From assembly GCA_964247055.1 (NCBI GenBank), contig OZ176055.1, forward strand, positions 7,688,001 through 7,752,000: 64,000 nucleotides of DNA, read 5' to 3'. The translations under genes were made by a program, and so were the position numbers. The notes beneath the pieces were generated by a model. That model did not search any database, was not told where the DNA came from, and saw only the letters and a program-made list of their open reading frames with translations. Below, one piece after another: positions 52,301-63,040 of this stretch. The first letter of the stretch is position 1; every line of letters begins with the position of its first letter. The stretch comes from Paragordius varius. Its lineage: Eukaryota > Animalia > Nematomorpha.

Positions 52301-53967
52301 ATAATGATAAAGAGGGCGCATAATAAAAAATCATATTATACAAAGTTTTTAGGTGGAATTATAATTTTTGTTTTAAAATTCCTGTTAAAATGATGGTTAA
52401 TATCAGAAAATGCAAAAAACTTGAGTGGCAGTAAAATTTGTTGTCTAGTGTAATAGACTTACATTGTTTCAAAACAGTGTGCCAAATTTATAGTCCAAAT
52501 TTAGTTTTTAATTTCGTATTAATTAAGTTAGCAATTTTCAGTACACAAAAATTTAGGGGTCACGTTCCACCTTTGCAAATTATTTGGTATATTAAAATAG
52601 GCTTGTGTTTCAATAGTTTACATTTATTAGGTAAAACGTCTTAATAAATCAGATTTTTTTAATCAAAAAAAGTATTTTATAATTTTTTTTAAAAATCATG
52701 GGTATAGTATTACTTTATTCGAGCTTAGTTTTTTTAGCTTATATACCATTAAATACAACTCCGTTTGTTAACAAAGGTAGGAAAAAAAATATAATTTAAA
52801 TTTAAGCAATATTAAATATTTATATTTTACATGTAATATATACTTTATAAAAAATAATTTTGTAATTTAGTTTGATTTAAACACAACTATTAATTCCATC
52901 CCAGCGAAACATATGTTAAACTGAAATAAAGAAGCTTGTGTCCAACTATGATTTTTTAAATCCCTTAGTAATAATAACCCCCCATAAACAAATTGTTACG
53001 AAATTTTATGAAATTTTAAAATCCAGATTTTCATAATAGAGATTTTTATAAATGTCGGAGCTGATATACAAATTTTCTAAATGCAACCTATCCCTATTTA
53101 TTTTGGCTGAAAACTGGTGAGCTCTATGGGAAAAATATAAAATTAGATGTTTTTGATATCGAATTTGATATATTAAATATAAACGGTGCGACCTGAAACT
53201 GTAGTTTAAATATTTTTTAAGAAAAATAAAAGAATCATGTAATCTTGGTATATTTTTATATCAGAATTATATATATTATATGTATATCATCAAGATATTT
53301 TTTATCTCTCGGTTTTGTGGAATGAATAACCTAAATATCTAATGAATAAATTTTATGGAAAAATATATTGAATCGTTTTTATATGAAATAAAACATTTTC
53401 TCTGATATTGCAAATTCAAAAAATAGTGATCTAAAGATTTACCTTTTGTTAAACAAAGACCATTTACACAATCATAAAAGGTAGGACATTCATAAAATCG
53501 GCAATTTAAAAAGTCTACAAGTTAAAAAAATGGATACGAATGCACTCCTTTGTTTGACATTGACATTTTTTATCACATTTTCCAGTTAGGCATTCTATAT
53601 GGCTTTGACAGGGCGTATTAACATTTTTTTCTAATTTGCCAAATAAAATACATTAAACTATTGGCGCATTCACCATTGATATAATACTGATAAGTATCAC
53701 AAACACAACTATTATTTAAACAATTATTGGTAAGACATTCATAACTTGAAGTACACTTGGAATTATACGGTTTTTCTGAAACTTTAGAGACACAGATATA
53801 CTTGATTGGCAAGTTTGGTTCAGCGAATAAAAATTTTCTTTGCACAAGCATTTATTACCTATTTTCCAATCGCAAATTTCATTTGTTTTGCAATCACTGT
53901 TAAATTGACAGCTAAAAATTATAAATGGTAAGCAAATAAGTAGTGCATAAAAAGATATTGTTAACAT
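37341..53967 (-). CDS. Uncharacterised type I membrane protein with Cys-rich EB/EGF-like modules (~330 aa), interrupted by ultra-short introns and a putative ~13-kb intron
   Basis: Proposed exons 53967-53802, 53775-53659 (or from 53781), 53630-53538, 53514-53443, 40307-40185, 38288-38181, 37904-37831 (or 37843), 37759-37673, 37555-37492, 37465-37341. Signal-like MLTISFYALLICLPFIIFS; modules CQFNSDCKTNEICDWKIGNKCLCKENFYSLNQTC, CTSSYECLTNNCLNNSCVCDTYQYYINGEC, CQSHIECLTGKCDKKCQCQTKEC, CRFYECPTFYDCVNGLC, CNNDQDCEFVSQFSKCVDYRCQCSIDLSAKTVC; TM IGVIIMMAITFAVLVGFIMYWII. All ectodomain introns are phase 1. Linkage of the 53-kb and 37-40-kb blocks and the cytoplasmic exons are less certain. Confidence 0.7.
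41480..42270 (+). pseudogene. Mariner (Mos1-like) transposase relic
   Basis: HFGKTMLCV (~41805), LQDNARHTAK (~41980), HPPYS (~42052), WFAPKN (~42160), RKYFE* (42241-42258), in mariner order with frameshifts; TIRs not confidently identified. Confidence 0.8.
42304..44612 (+). mobile_element. Non-autonomous Helitron, second copy, with five ~310-bp units and a nested MITE
   Basis: A|TCTATATAG 5' end; hairpin CTCGGGCTGC-GTA-GCAGTACGAG (44579-44601) 11 nt before the CTAA|T end; unit motif at ~42791, 43095, 43416, 43728, 44039. Confidence 0.8.
44225..44469. mobile_element. MITE family A copy nested in the Helitron
   Basis: TIRs taccatttacagttcaaattcaccct / gaatttgaattataaatggta; absent from the homologous site of the 34037-37212 copy (taaacaatatattagtatgaa). 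Confidence 0.85.
44670..44960 (-). mobile_element. Possible LTR-retrotransposon integrase-core relic
   Basis: Minus-strand KFCEQTGFRK and SDGLIENQRKSFLRQ resemble the integrase core (FC..LGI.K ... QSDGLVERFNRTL); very decayed. Confidence 0.35.
46500..49517 (+). mobile_element. Near full-length degenerate RTE-clade LINE (AP endonuclease + RT) with (CAA)n tail
   Basis: Endonuclease MATWNTRG..LGLSETH..SDRIIALRI..IYAPTS..IIGDFNA; RT GLRQGCILSPMLFNIYL, ADDTV, YTYLGSII..EIRRRIAIAK, MLYGCESWT, MLGKVNGKRGRG..RIRWVD; tail caacaacaacaaca at 49495-49517; multiple frameshifts. 5' boundary approximate. Confidence 0.93.
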
Positions 53968-54789
53968 ATATAGAATATGAAATTCTATCTTTGTTCATTT
54001 AAACGAGGGATGCCCATCACAAATATCTTCGCGGCTGCTTTAATATTTTTTCGTTTTATTTGTTTTGAGGCGAATTTTGGATGATATATTATCCATATCT
54101 ATGTTTGGCGGATCAAATTGAAAAGGTTTAACTATAGGACAACACCTTGGAGAATTGTCACAGAGATACTTTTTTAAAAAATTCTTATTTTCCCACGGCA
54201 AAAGGTGATAGTAGTCGCGATAATAAATGATTAAAAATCTCTTATAGATGCATATTTTTCTTAAAATATCTCAAAGCCAACATTCTTCTGTATAAGTATG
54301 CAGATGATATTTAAACTTGTATAAAATTTTATTTTTATATTAGTTTTATAATTTACATAATAGTAGTGCCCTTAAGATAAACGAAAGGTCGATATCGGGC
54401 GAAAACTTTAAATTTTTAACAAAAATATTACATTAAAATTTAAAAATAGCTACTTTGCTTTAAAATCAAATTTTGTCATTATTTTATTAAACCGCATTTA
54501 TGCCATATTAAATGCTGATATAAAAACACTTATAAATGTTTAAATATATTTTATAACATATATGGATACTTAAATAATTTTCATAATTTGTTTGTGTATT
54601 TAAGACATATTTTTAATCAAGATACGAAATGAGATAAAAAAAACAGCGACATAAAAATGTTTCTTTAACTTAAAAACAACTTTTTTTAATACTCAAAATA
54701 CCAAAAAACGAGCGAAATTTGCTAAAATTTAAATCTTAAATATGCATTTTTCTAAAAAAAATTTTTGATGTTTTAGTTTATATTTCAAC

Positions 54790-55800
54790 TCAAATTCGCA
54801 AACCATTCCATTATGGAACACGATCTAAGGCTTTTTTGCGGTTTGTGTCTAGTTTTACTTCATTTCTTTTAACCGTATCTTCTCACTCTATATGTCCAAA
54901 CCATAAGTCTATTCATTATTTGCATAATCGCTATTATTTCAGTACTCTAATATACAAATTCTTAATATTGCCTGCCCTTGTCACACCGCGTATTAAACTA
55001 AGAATTTTCATATCACTATTGATATTTTAGCGCCCATTATGTTAAATTATGTTGGCTGTATAGCAACACTGCAAAGCTTGTTCTTAACAATACTCATCGC
55101 ATAAAACATTTGAGATCTAAACCAACTATTGCAAATTTGTATCATGTGTTAAAGAACCATCGGTAAATTTGGTCCAAAATATTTACAATCCTGTATTTTA
55201 ATCCAAACTTTTCTAATTCTCTTTTTGTTTTTAATCTCCAAATTAATAAGTTCCGATTTCATTATAACTCATAAACTACACCGTTTTAATACAATCCATT
55301 TGCTCTTAGAATCCATCAACCGTCCAGCACTAGTATCTGCATAAACAAAAATCAGCCACTCTTTTGATATTTCGTCCAGGCTAATAGTATCCTGATCGCT
55401 GACCGTATACGTCCTGGATTTCTTTAAGAATTTGACCCTCCTTGATAACTTTAATTTTGTTATGGTGAAATCTGTATATATTTTTCAGTTTTATATGACT
55501 TTGCTACACATTTTTCACTTTAAACTCGACATATACTCCATTATCAAACACTAGTTAATATCAACTAAAATGCCATAGTACCTAATTCTACTGAGCAGAT
55601 TGATGGTGTATTTGCCCGACATATAACAAATTAATTTTTTCTATACTAACCATTCTTCTTATCCGTTTTACTTGTAGTTTCTCAAATAACTTAATCTAGT
55701 GGGGCATCAATCTTATTCCTCTATATTTTTTAAGTCATTTATCCCCTATCCTTATAAATAGTGAAACATCGTTTCATTAGGCATTCAAATCAAACTTCCC
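54790..55800 (-). mobile_element. Decayed RTE-like LINE 3' RT fragment
   Basis: Minus-strand DMKILSLIRGVTRAGNIKNLYIR and LWFGHI match the RTE C-terminal EMKMLR..GVTR.D.IRNE.IR / WFGHV pattern; many stops. Confidence 0.65.
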
Positions 55801-58800
55801 ATTTTGACAATTTTGCATTCTTAATGTTAAAATTAATATGTGCGCCAAAACTTTAAAGATAAATTTAAATATGAAAATTAGCAAAAAAAATTCCAAAATT
55901 CATACTATAATATAAGGTTTTGATGTCAAATAATATAATTCAAAAATTAACATCAGTTTTTCTGTTTTCTCTCTATATAAACGATTTTGTTAAATTAACT
56001 GGCTTTAGAAAAATTTTCAATAAAATGAAAGTGAGGCTTATGCCATGCGACGTGGTTGTGTAAAGTCTTTTAAGAACGGTTTGCAGTTTATGCTTAGAGA
56101 ATCTTAAATTTTCTTTTAGAAAATCCCACAAGTCATCCCATTTAATATATGAATTAGTTATAATTTAGTCCATTTTTTACTTATTACTTGGGCAAGTAAA
56201 TACTAGGTAGGAAACGGTTTTTATTCCACTAATCCTTACTTAGCTAAATTAAGCTATAGCCATTTACTAGTATAATATTTATTAAAATCTTTAATTATTT
56301 TAATGAATCGATTATTATATTACTAATTATTACACTGTTAAAAGAGGCTTAACTTTTTTTAATAGAAATATTTTTTCATGAGTAGCTTATATCCAGCGAA
56401 TTTATTTGATGCAAAAAATTTTATTGTTGACGACCTAATTTTTGAAATATTGAGCGATGTATGAAATTAGGCAAAAAGTGAAACCATGATAATTAGTGAT
56501 AATTATTTTATCAAACATTTACAATTTCAAAGTATAGTTAGAGTTTTTAAAATACTCAGATCAAAAATTGAGTATTTTCTTTGACATACTTAATGCGCAA
56601 AGATATTCTATGAAACTATATATATTGTAGACTTAGCAAAAGTCACTATTTAAATTTTAACATTCATGTTTTATACAGTAAAAAAATTATATATTAAAAT
56701 ATTGTTTTTTTGTCAACTGGTTTATGAGTGTATAATAATTTACCGTTTTATTTAATCATACATGAGCGGGAATTAAAAATTATAAAAATTTATACAAATA
56801 GGATTTACAAGTAGTCGAAAAACCAAAAATTTATACTACTCTCAACTGGGTTTTATTAAAAAATATTTTTATACGAATTTTTAATTGATATTTTATTACT
56901 TTCGAATCCTATTTTGTGTAAATTTATTTCCATAAAAATTATGTGTATTAAGCATGTTTAAAAAAACAATTCTATGATCAGAGTTTTATAAAAACTCTAA
57001 CTATATAATTTAGGCTATTATTAAATTGTAAATATCTGATTAAATGATAATTTATCGTAATATCTCAAGTTTTAACTTTATTTCACTTTTTACCAATTTT
57101 TTTTTTAATATTTTACAAAATATAGGTCATCAACAAATACATATTTTTCGGAAAATAAATTCGCTGGTTAAGCTATCTTAAGAAAAAATATTATATTGAA
57201 TTTTTTTTGCACAAAGTATTATGTTAGTGAGTGTATATTTTATCAACTCTTATTGGGGGTAAATTTGAATGGTTCAAGGGTGAAATCGAAGGTAAATAGT
57301 GTCATAAATTAACACTACAATGAATCTTGTTTTGTTTTGTTTTTTTATACAAATAATAATAAAATAACCTCTTAAGCTTTTAAATTCGAGTTTTGCTAAA
57401 TTGAAAAAAACACAAAAATCGTTTTTAGACGCGTTAAACGGTCTTTAGAGATTTATTTCTTCCTCTGGATCTAACAATTGCAACGGCTTTTATAAATATT
57501 TAATTAAATTTTTTGTTGCTTTAATTCTTGTAGAATTAAAAACAGATTTAAAGAAATTGATTATTTACTTGAAAATTTAGTACAATATTATGTGGACAAA
57601 AATTACCGTAAGTAACAGTATTGTTTTTTCGAAAGCGGCTATGATTTTAAAAAATTTAATTAAGACTTTATCGTTCTGCTTATTCTGTCTGCATCAAAAA
57701 TATTTTATACATAGGCAAAATCGTACCAATATAAGATATCGCTACTTATAATCACAAAATTTGATTGACGACAGAATGTCCTAGGATTGAACAGTGTTTA
57801 ATTTTATATGCAGTTATGTAGACTTTATTTTATCAAAAATTTACTTTTTTTCGTTAAATGGGTATTAATATTTGGTAAAGAATATAAAAACAAGAGCTAT
57901 ATGGTATTACCATATCATATTCTTTAAAAAATTAAAAAGAGTGTGGGAAAAGGGCGTCGGAAATTGGTAAAAATGAAAATCTTAAAATATTGTTAAAGGG
58001 GAATGGTAATATTTTTGTTAATTTTTTAGCAAAATTTTATATATTAATTTTTTTTGATAAAATTTTTATTTCACCTATATTAAAATTGTGGTATCCAAAT
58101 ATACCCCAGACTAAATTTGAGTTAGTATTTTTAATAAACTAGTGAAAGCGGTCCCAATTTAAATTTATGCTTCTTTCTTAATAAAAATTATATAAATATG
58201 CCAAAATATCTAAATAAAATTTTGTTTTGAAAAAAAGGTTACATGTCAAACAATTTCGACGCCATTTTTATTACAAAATATTTGCAAAACGTCGTTTTCA
58301 TTTAGTGTTAAGGGTAAAATTAAAGCTAATTTTTTATTTAAATTACATCTTACATTGATAGAAATAGATAAAGCGGTTTATTTGTATTATTTTTCCAATT
58401 TTACTATTGCACACATATCAAGTTGACTAAATTTTTACCTTTCGTTAGCCTAAAATAAGTAATATCAAGTATTTTTGAATAAATTTTTTTATATATTTCT
58501 GTTTATTGTTATATTTACAATGGTTTTGATATATTTTTAAAGAATTTAATTTTATGATTATTTAATATAGAATCTTTTGAAATCGTTCCCATATCAAAAC
58601 AAAAAAAATTATAATTGAGATAAAAATTACCCTTTTATATAAGGTGACCAGACGTCCCGCTTTTGGCGGGACAGTCCCGCTTTTTCACACTTTGTCCCGC
58701 GTCCCGCGACGTTTTTAAAATGTCCCGCTTTTTCACGATTATATAAAAAAAAAATTTTAATACAAATATATTTTTTTATCCGTTTAAATTTTTTATCATT

Positions 58801-59196
58801 AAATATCTTTAAAATCTATATAAATTTTAAATTAAAATGTTTTATTTTTAAATTAAAATTTATTTTTTCGAATATATATCATATGATAATACACTTTTCT
58901 TCCTACTACTACTGTCATCGTTATTAAAAAGCCAAGTTAATACCATCTCTAGATTAAAAGACAAATTGATACCACAAATCGGTACCTTACACCTTTATTC
59001 CAGAAAATTAAGGTAATATAATATTTATTATACTAATATTTTAGTTTTATTACTTGCCAACATTATTAAAAAGCAAAATAATACCACAAATCGGTAGCTT
59101 AAATGACAATTTGTTACCACAAATCGGTACCTTACACGTTTATTCCAGAAAATTAATGTAATATAATATTTATTATAATAATAGTAGTTTATAAAT

Positions 59197-60860
59197 ATGA
59201 GCACAAAAAGAGGTTGTAAATTCAACGATGAATTAATGAAAGATTTTTCTTTTATCAAAAAAACGAGAATGAATCATCTGTTAAATGTCTTATATGCGAG
59301 GGGGAATTCACCCTAGCACATGGCGGCAAGCATGATATTACAAAGCATATGGAAACAGAGAAACAAAAAAATGTTTAGATATGGCGGCATCATCTTACAA
59401 AATGAGCGATTTTTTTCGAAAAACCGCTTTTGGAGAGGAAGAAAAGAATTTGGCACTAGCTGAGGGCGTGTTATCTTTTCACGTCCTTAATCACAATCAT
59501 TCCTTTAGATCTATGGACTGTACCTCACAGGTTATTCGCACGTTATTCCATAAAAAATTATTATGTGCCCGTACAAAGGCTAAAGCCATTGTGTGCAATG
59601 TCCTTTCTCACATGCATTTTCTGAAATACAAAAAGATTTGCTGAAAATTAATTTCTTATCCCTATACTCTGATGCATCAAATCACACTTTAGATTTAATT
59701 TCTCTACCCGGTGAAAATTCCGAAATATTATTTACAATAATGCATATTCTAGAAAAAAATAATTTAAAAGATAAAATTATCGCATATTGCGCTGACAACA
59801 CCAATACGAACTTTGGTCTAAAAGCAAGGAGGGGAACAAAAAATATTTTTCATAAATTAACAGATAATCTTAATCAAAACATTATTGGCGTTGGCAGTGC
59901 AGCGCATATAATACACAACTCAAACAGCTGCTGATTTGTTACCCCTAGATGTGCAAAATGTAGTTGCTAAAATATATTCCTATTTTTATATATACACGGT
60001 ACGTGTTGAAACGCTTAAAGAATTCTGTGAAAATGCAGAAGTTCAATATCAAAAAATGCTTGGATATTGTAAAACTCATTGGTTAGCTTTTACGCCATCT
60101 ATCGAAAGAATTTTAAAAATGTATGATCCTTTAAAATCTTTTTTTTATCACAGGACAAATGTCCTACAACTTTAAAAAAGTTTTCTAAAAGTGATTCTTC
60201 AAAAATATGGTTAGAATTCTTACATAATCAAGATCTCTCTTTCAAAATGTTATTAAATTTATAAAAGGTGAAAAATTTCGGCAATGAAGTAGCCAATGAA
60301 GTTAGTAACCTAAAATTCAAATGTCAAGAACGGTTAGAAAATGATTTTATACCATTAACCATCCACAATATAATAAATAATTTAGAATAACAAGGCTTAA
60401 TAAATCTTCAAGATATCCTCTACCATATATAAAGTTTTATACAAACTGCAAAGATTATTAGACTGGACGACGCAATTCAATGAAATTGATCATTTTCATT
60501 GGATAACATTAAAATCAGAACTTAATTGGTGCGATGTTCAAAAATCATTATCTGCTCCCAAAAATTCTCAAAAAGTAATCTTTCAGAAAATGATCTTTTT
60601 TCTGAAGTATCATTAATTAAAAGATATATTAATAATGAAAAACCTAAATTATGGACAAAAGAAAAATATACAGTAGAAAAGAAATGGTTGGAAATATTTC
60701 ATCATTACATCGGAAAAATCAAATTTAAATGTCGAAACTTTAAAGGCCGTTTTATCTGTCAAATATAATTTGAAAATTCTTGTGAAGACTTCTACAATAT
60801 TTTAAAAAATGATGACAATCTGCTAAAACGCATTCACTCAAACAAAAAATATACCAAAGA
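59197..60860 (+). pseudogene. hAT transposase pseudogene
   Basis: MSTKRGCKFN..KCLICEGEFTLAHGGKHDITKH (Zn finger), SLYSDASNH, AYCADNTNTNFG, IIGVGSAAHIIHN, MLGYCKTHWLAFTPSIERILKMYDPLKSFF; frameshifts and stops. Confidence 0.88.
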
Positions 60861-60914
60861 ATAAAATATTTTCTTTAAAGTTTTTGTGTTAAAAAATAAA
60901 CAAAATTACTTAAA

Positions 60915-61620
60915 ATATTGTATAAGTCTTCATAATTTGTCAAATTATATTTGAACACATAAAATGGCTTTTTTTAAATTTGATTCCATGTCCTTACTTA
61001 GTTTACTGTGGAAAAAGGCGTTCAATAGCAGTCAAGTAAAGAAATGCAAATTCTACAATTAAAATATTATTGTATGGAACATAATTTGTTTAAAAATGAT
61101 TATTTTAACCATTTCTATCCTACGTATTTTTTTCTGTTGTCCATAATATAAGTTTTCATTTGATATATTTATTTATTAATGAGACTTCATAAAAAAGTGT
61201 CATTGTGCACCGTCTTGTTTTCCAAATAATCGTTTCTGTTTGTATAAAACATTTTTATATTCTGGCTATTCACTGAGCCTTGTTTTTCTGGATGCTTTAT
61301 AATATTGCGATTAGGTAATGGTATAAAATTATTTTCTAACCTTTTTTGACTTGGAATTTTGACCTTTGTCCTGTAATAGGATTATAGGAGATCACATTTT
61401 TATAAATATTTCAATCGCTGGCAAAAGAGCTAACCAACAGTTCTTCAATATCCAAGCATTAAACATCTATATTTTCCACATCCAGGGGTAACAAATCAGT
61501 AGCTCGTTGTGTATCTGCCAATAATTTTTGATTAAGATGATTCGCTAAATTGTTAAAAATATTTTTTGTGCCGCTTCTTGCATCACCCAGCGCACTTTGT
61601 CATGATTTCGTCTTTATTAT
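60915..61620 (-). pseudogene. Inverted, internally deleted, diverged copy of the hAT transposase 3' half
   Basis: Reverse complement of 61380-61580 parallels 59820-60130 (acaaaaaatattttt...aatcttaatcaaaa.attattggc...ctgatttgttacccct.gatgtg.aaaat...atgcttggatattg); 61210-61360 parallels 60320-60460; 60920-60955 parallels 60758-60800. Confidence 0.75.
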
Positions 61621-61689
61621 TTTTTTCTAGAATATTAAATCACTTCACCCTTTATTCATGAAAATGTCATCAACACATCTGAGCCAGAT

Positions 61690-63040
61690 TGAAGGGTGTC
61701 CCTTTTTACAAAAATTCCTCAGCAAGATGTTTTACAGCTAGTTGAGAAATTAACCGAAAAAGGTCTACACCCTGATATTCCCAACCTAACTAAACTATGT
61801 CTATTAAACAACTATTTCCTCTTTAATAATAAATTCTACCTACAAAAACAAGGCACCCCAATGGGTTCTAGTATCTCTCCAATCCTGGCAGATTTATTCA
61901 TGGAAAATCTAGAAGAACAAATTTTTGTCTCCTCTACACTCCTCCCTTCAATCTGGCTCAGATATGTTGATGACATTTTCATGATCTGGCCACATGGAAC
62001 CAGTAAATTAGTTGATTTTGTAAGTTTTATAAATCAAATACATGCTAATATAAAATTTACTATGGACTCTAACCCTACCTGTATCAGTTTTCTTGATACA
62101 CTAGTGACTATATCCAATGGAAAACTCAACCATACTGTCTACAGAAAACCCACACATACCAATCTTTACCTCAACGCAAATTCACACCATTACCCACCTC
62201 AAAAACATTCAGTAATTAACAAATAAAACGTGCTTACAATTTATGTGATCCAACTTCACTCAAGTCAGAAATCAATACACTTAAACATGCTTTTGAACTT
62301 AACGGTTACTCAAAAGATCTTTTTGACAAAATACATAATAAAACAACACATAAAAATAATAATACATTTGTGTCGACAGCCATTTTGCCCTACATCCAAA
62401 ATGTCACACCAAAAATTGGCAAAATCTTAAATAAATTCAATATTCGGTCAGTATACACACCTTTTAAAAAACTAATTAATTTTACAAAAGTTAAAGATCC
62501 AATTTCTCGAGACAAATTACCCGGAATCTATAAGGCTACTTGCTCTTGCAATGAAGTTTACGTAGGCGAGACAAGCAGATCTATTAATATTAGATTAAAG
62601 GAACACCAACAATATATCAAGCACAATAAGCCTAATTCCGGTTTAGCAGAACACGTCTGCAACGAAGGCCACAAAATAATTAAAACCGAGGTACTTCACA
62701 ACATTAACAACCCCTTTAAACGATTAATATTAGAAGCAATCGAAATTAAAAAGAATAATGCTCTACTCAACAGAGCGGATGGATATAATCTTTCATCAAT
62801 ATGGACTTATGTTTTACAGTAACAACAACACTAATCACCCCTTATTATATATTATAATATTTGTATTTACTACTTCAAACAATCAATTACACCCACTTAA
62901 TCACATTTATTAATTTTCTATAATTTTTTTTTAATCCTATAATTGGTTTGTACTAGTATATATAGTAGCTCAATTTCATTCACTCCACTGTGATCAAGAT
63001 CATGCTAACATGGTCGAAATATAAGTTTTATTAATAAATT
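61690..63040 (+). mobile_element. Penelope-like element, 5'-truncated (RT + GIY-YIG endonuclease), nested in the hAT
   Basis: SLFTKIP, FYLQKQGTPMGSSISPILADLFMENLEE, WLRYVDDIF, FLDTLV, VYRKPTHTNLYLNANSHH; GIY-YIG PGIYKATCSCNEVYVGETSRSINIRLKEH..LAEH..KRLILEAIEI..LNRADGY. Confidence 0.95.

Noticed and set aside
53431-53442. GTAAATCTTTAG, a 12-nt GT-AG after the fourth Cys module
   Set aside because: Multiple of 3 with no stop, and the downstream frame shows no Cys module; GTAAAT is better read as the donor of a long intron.
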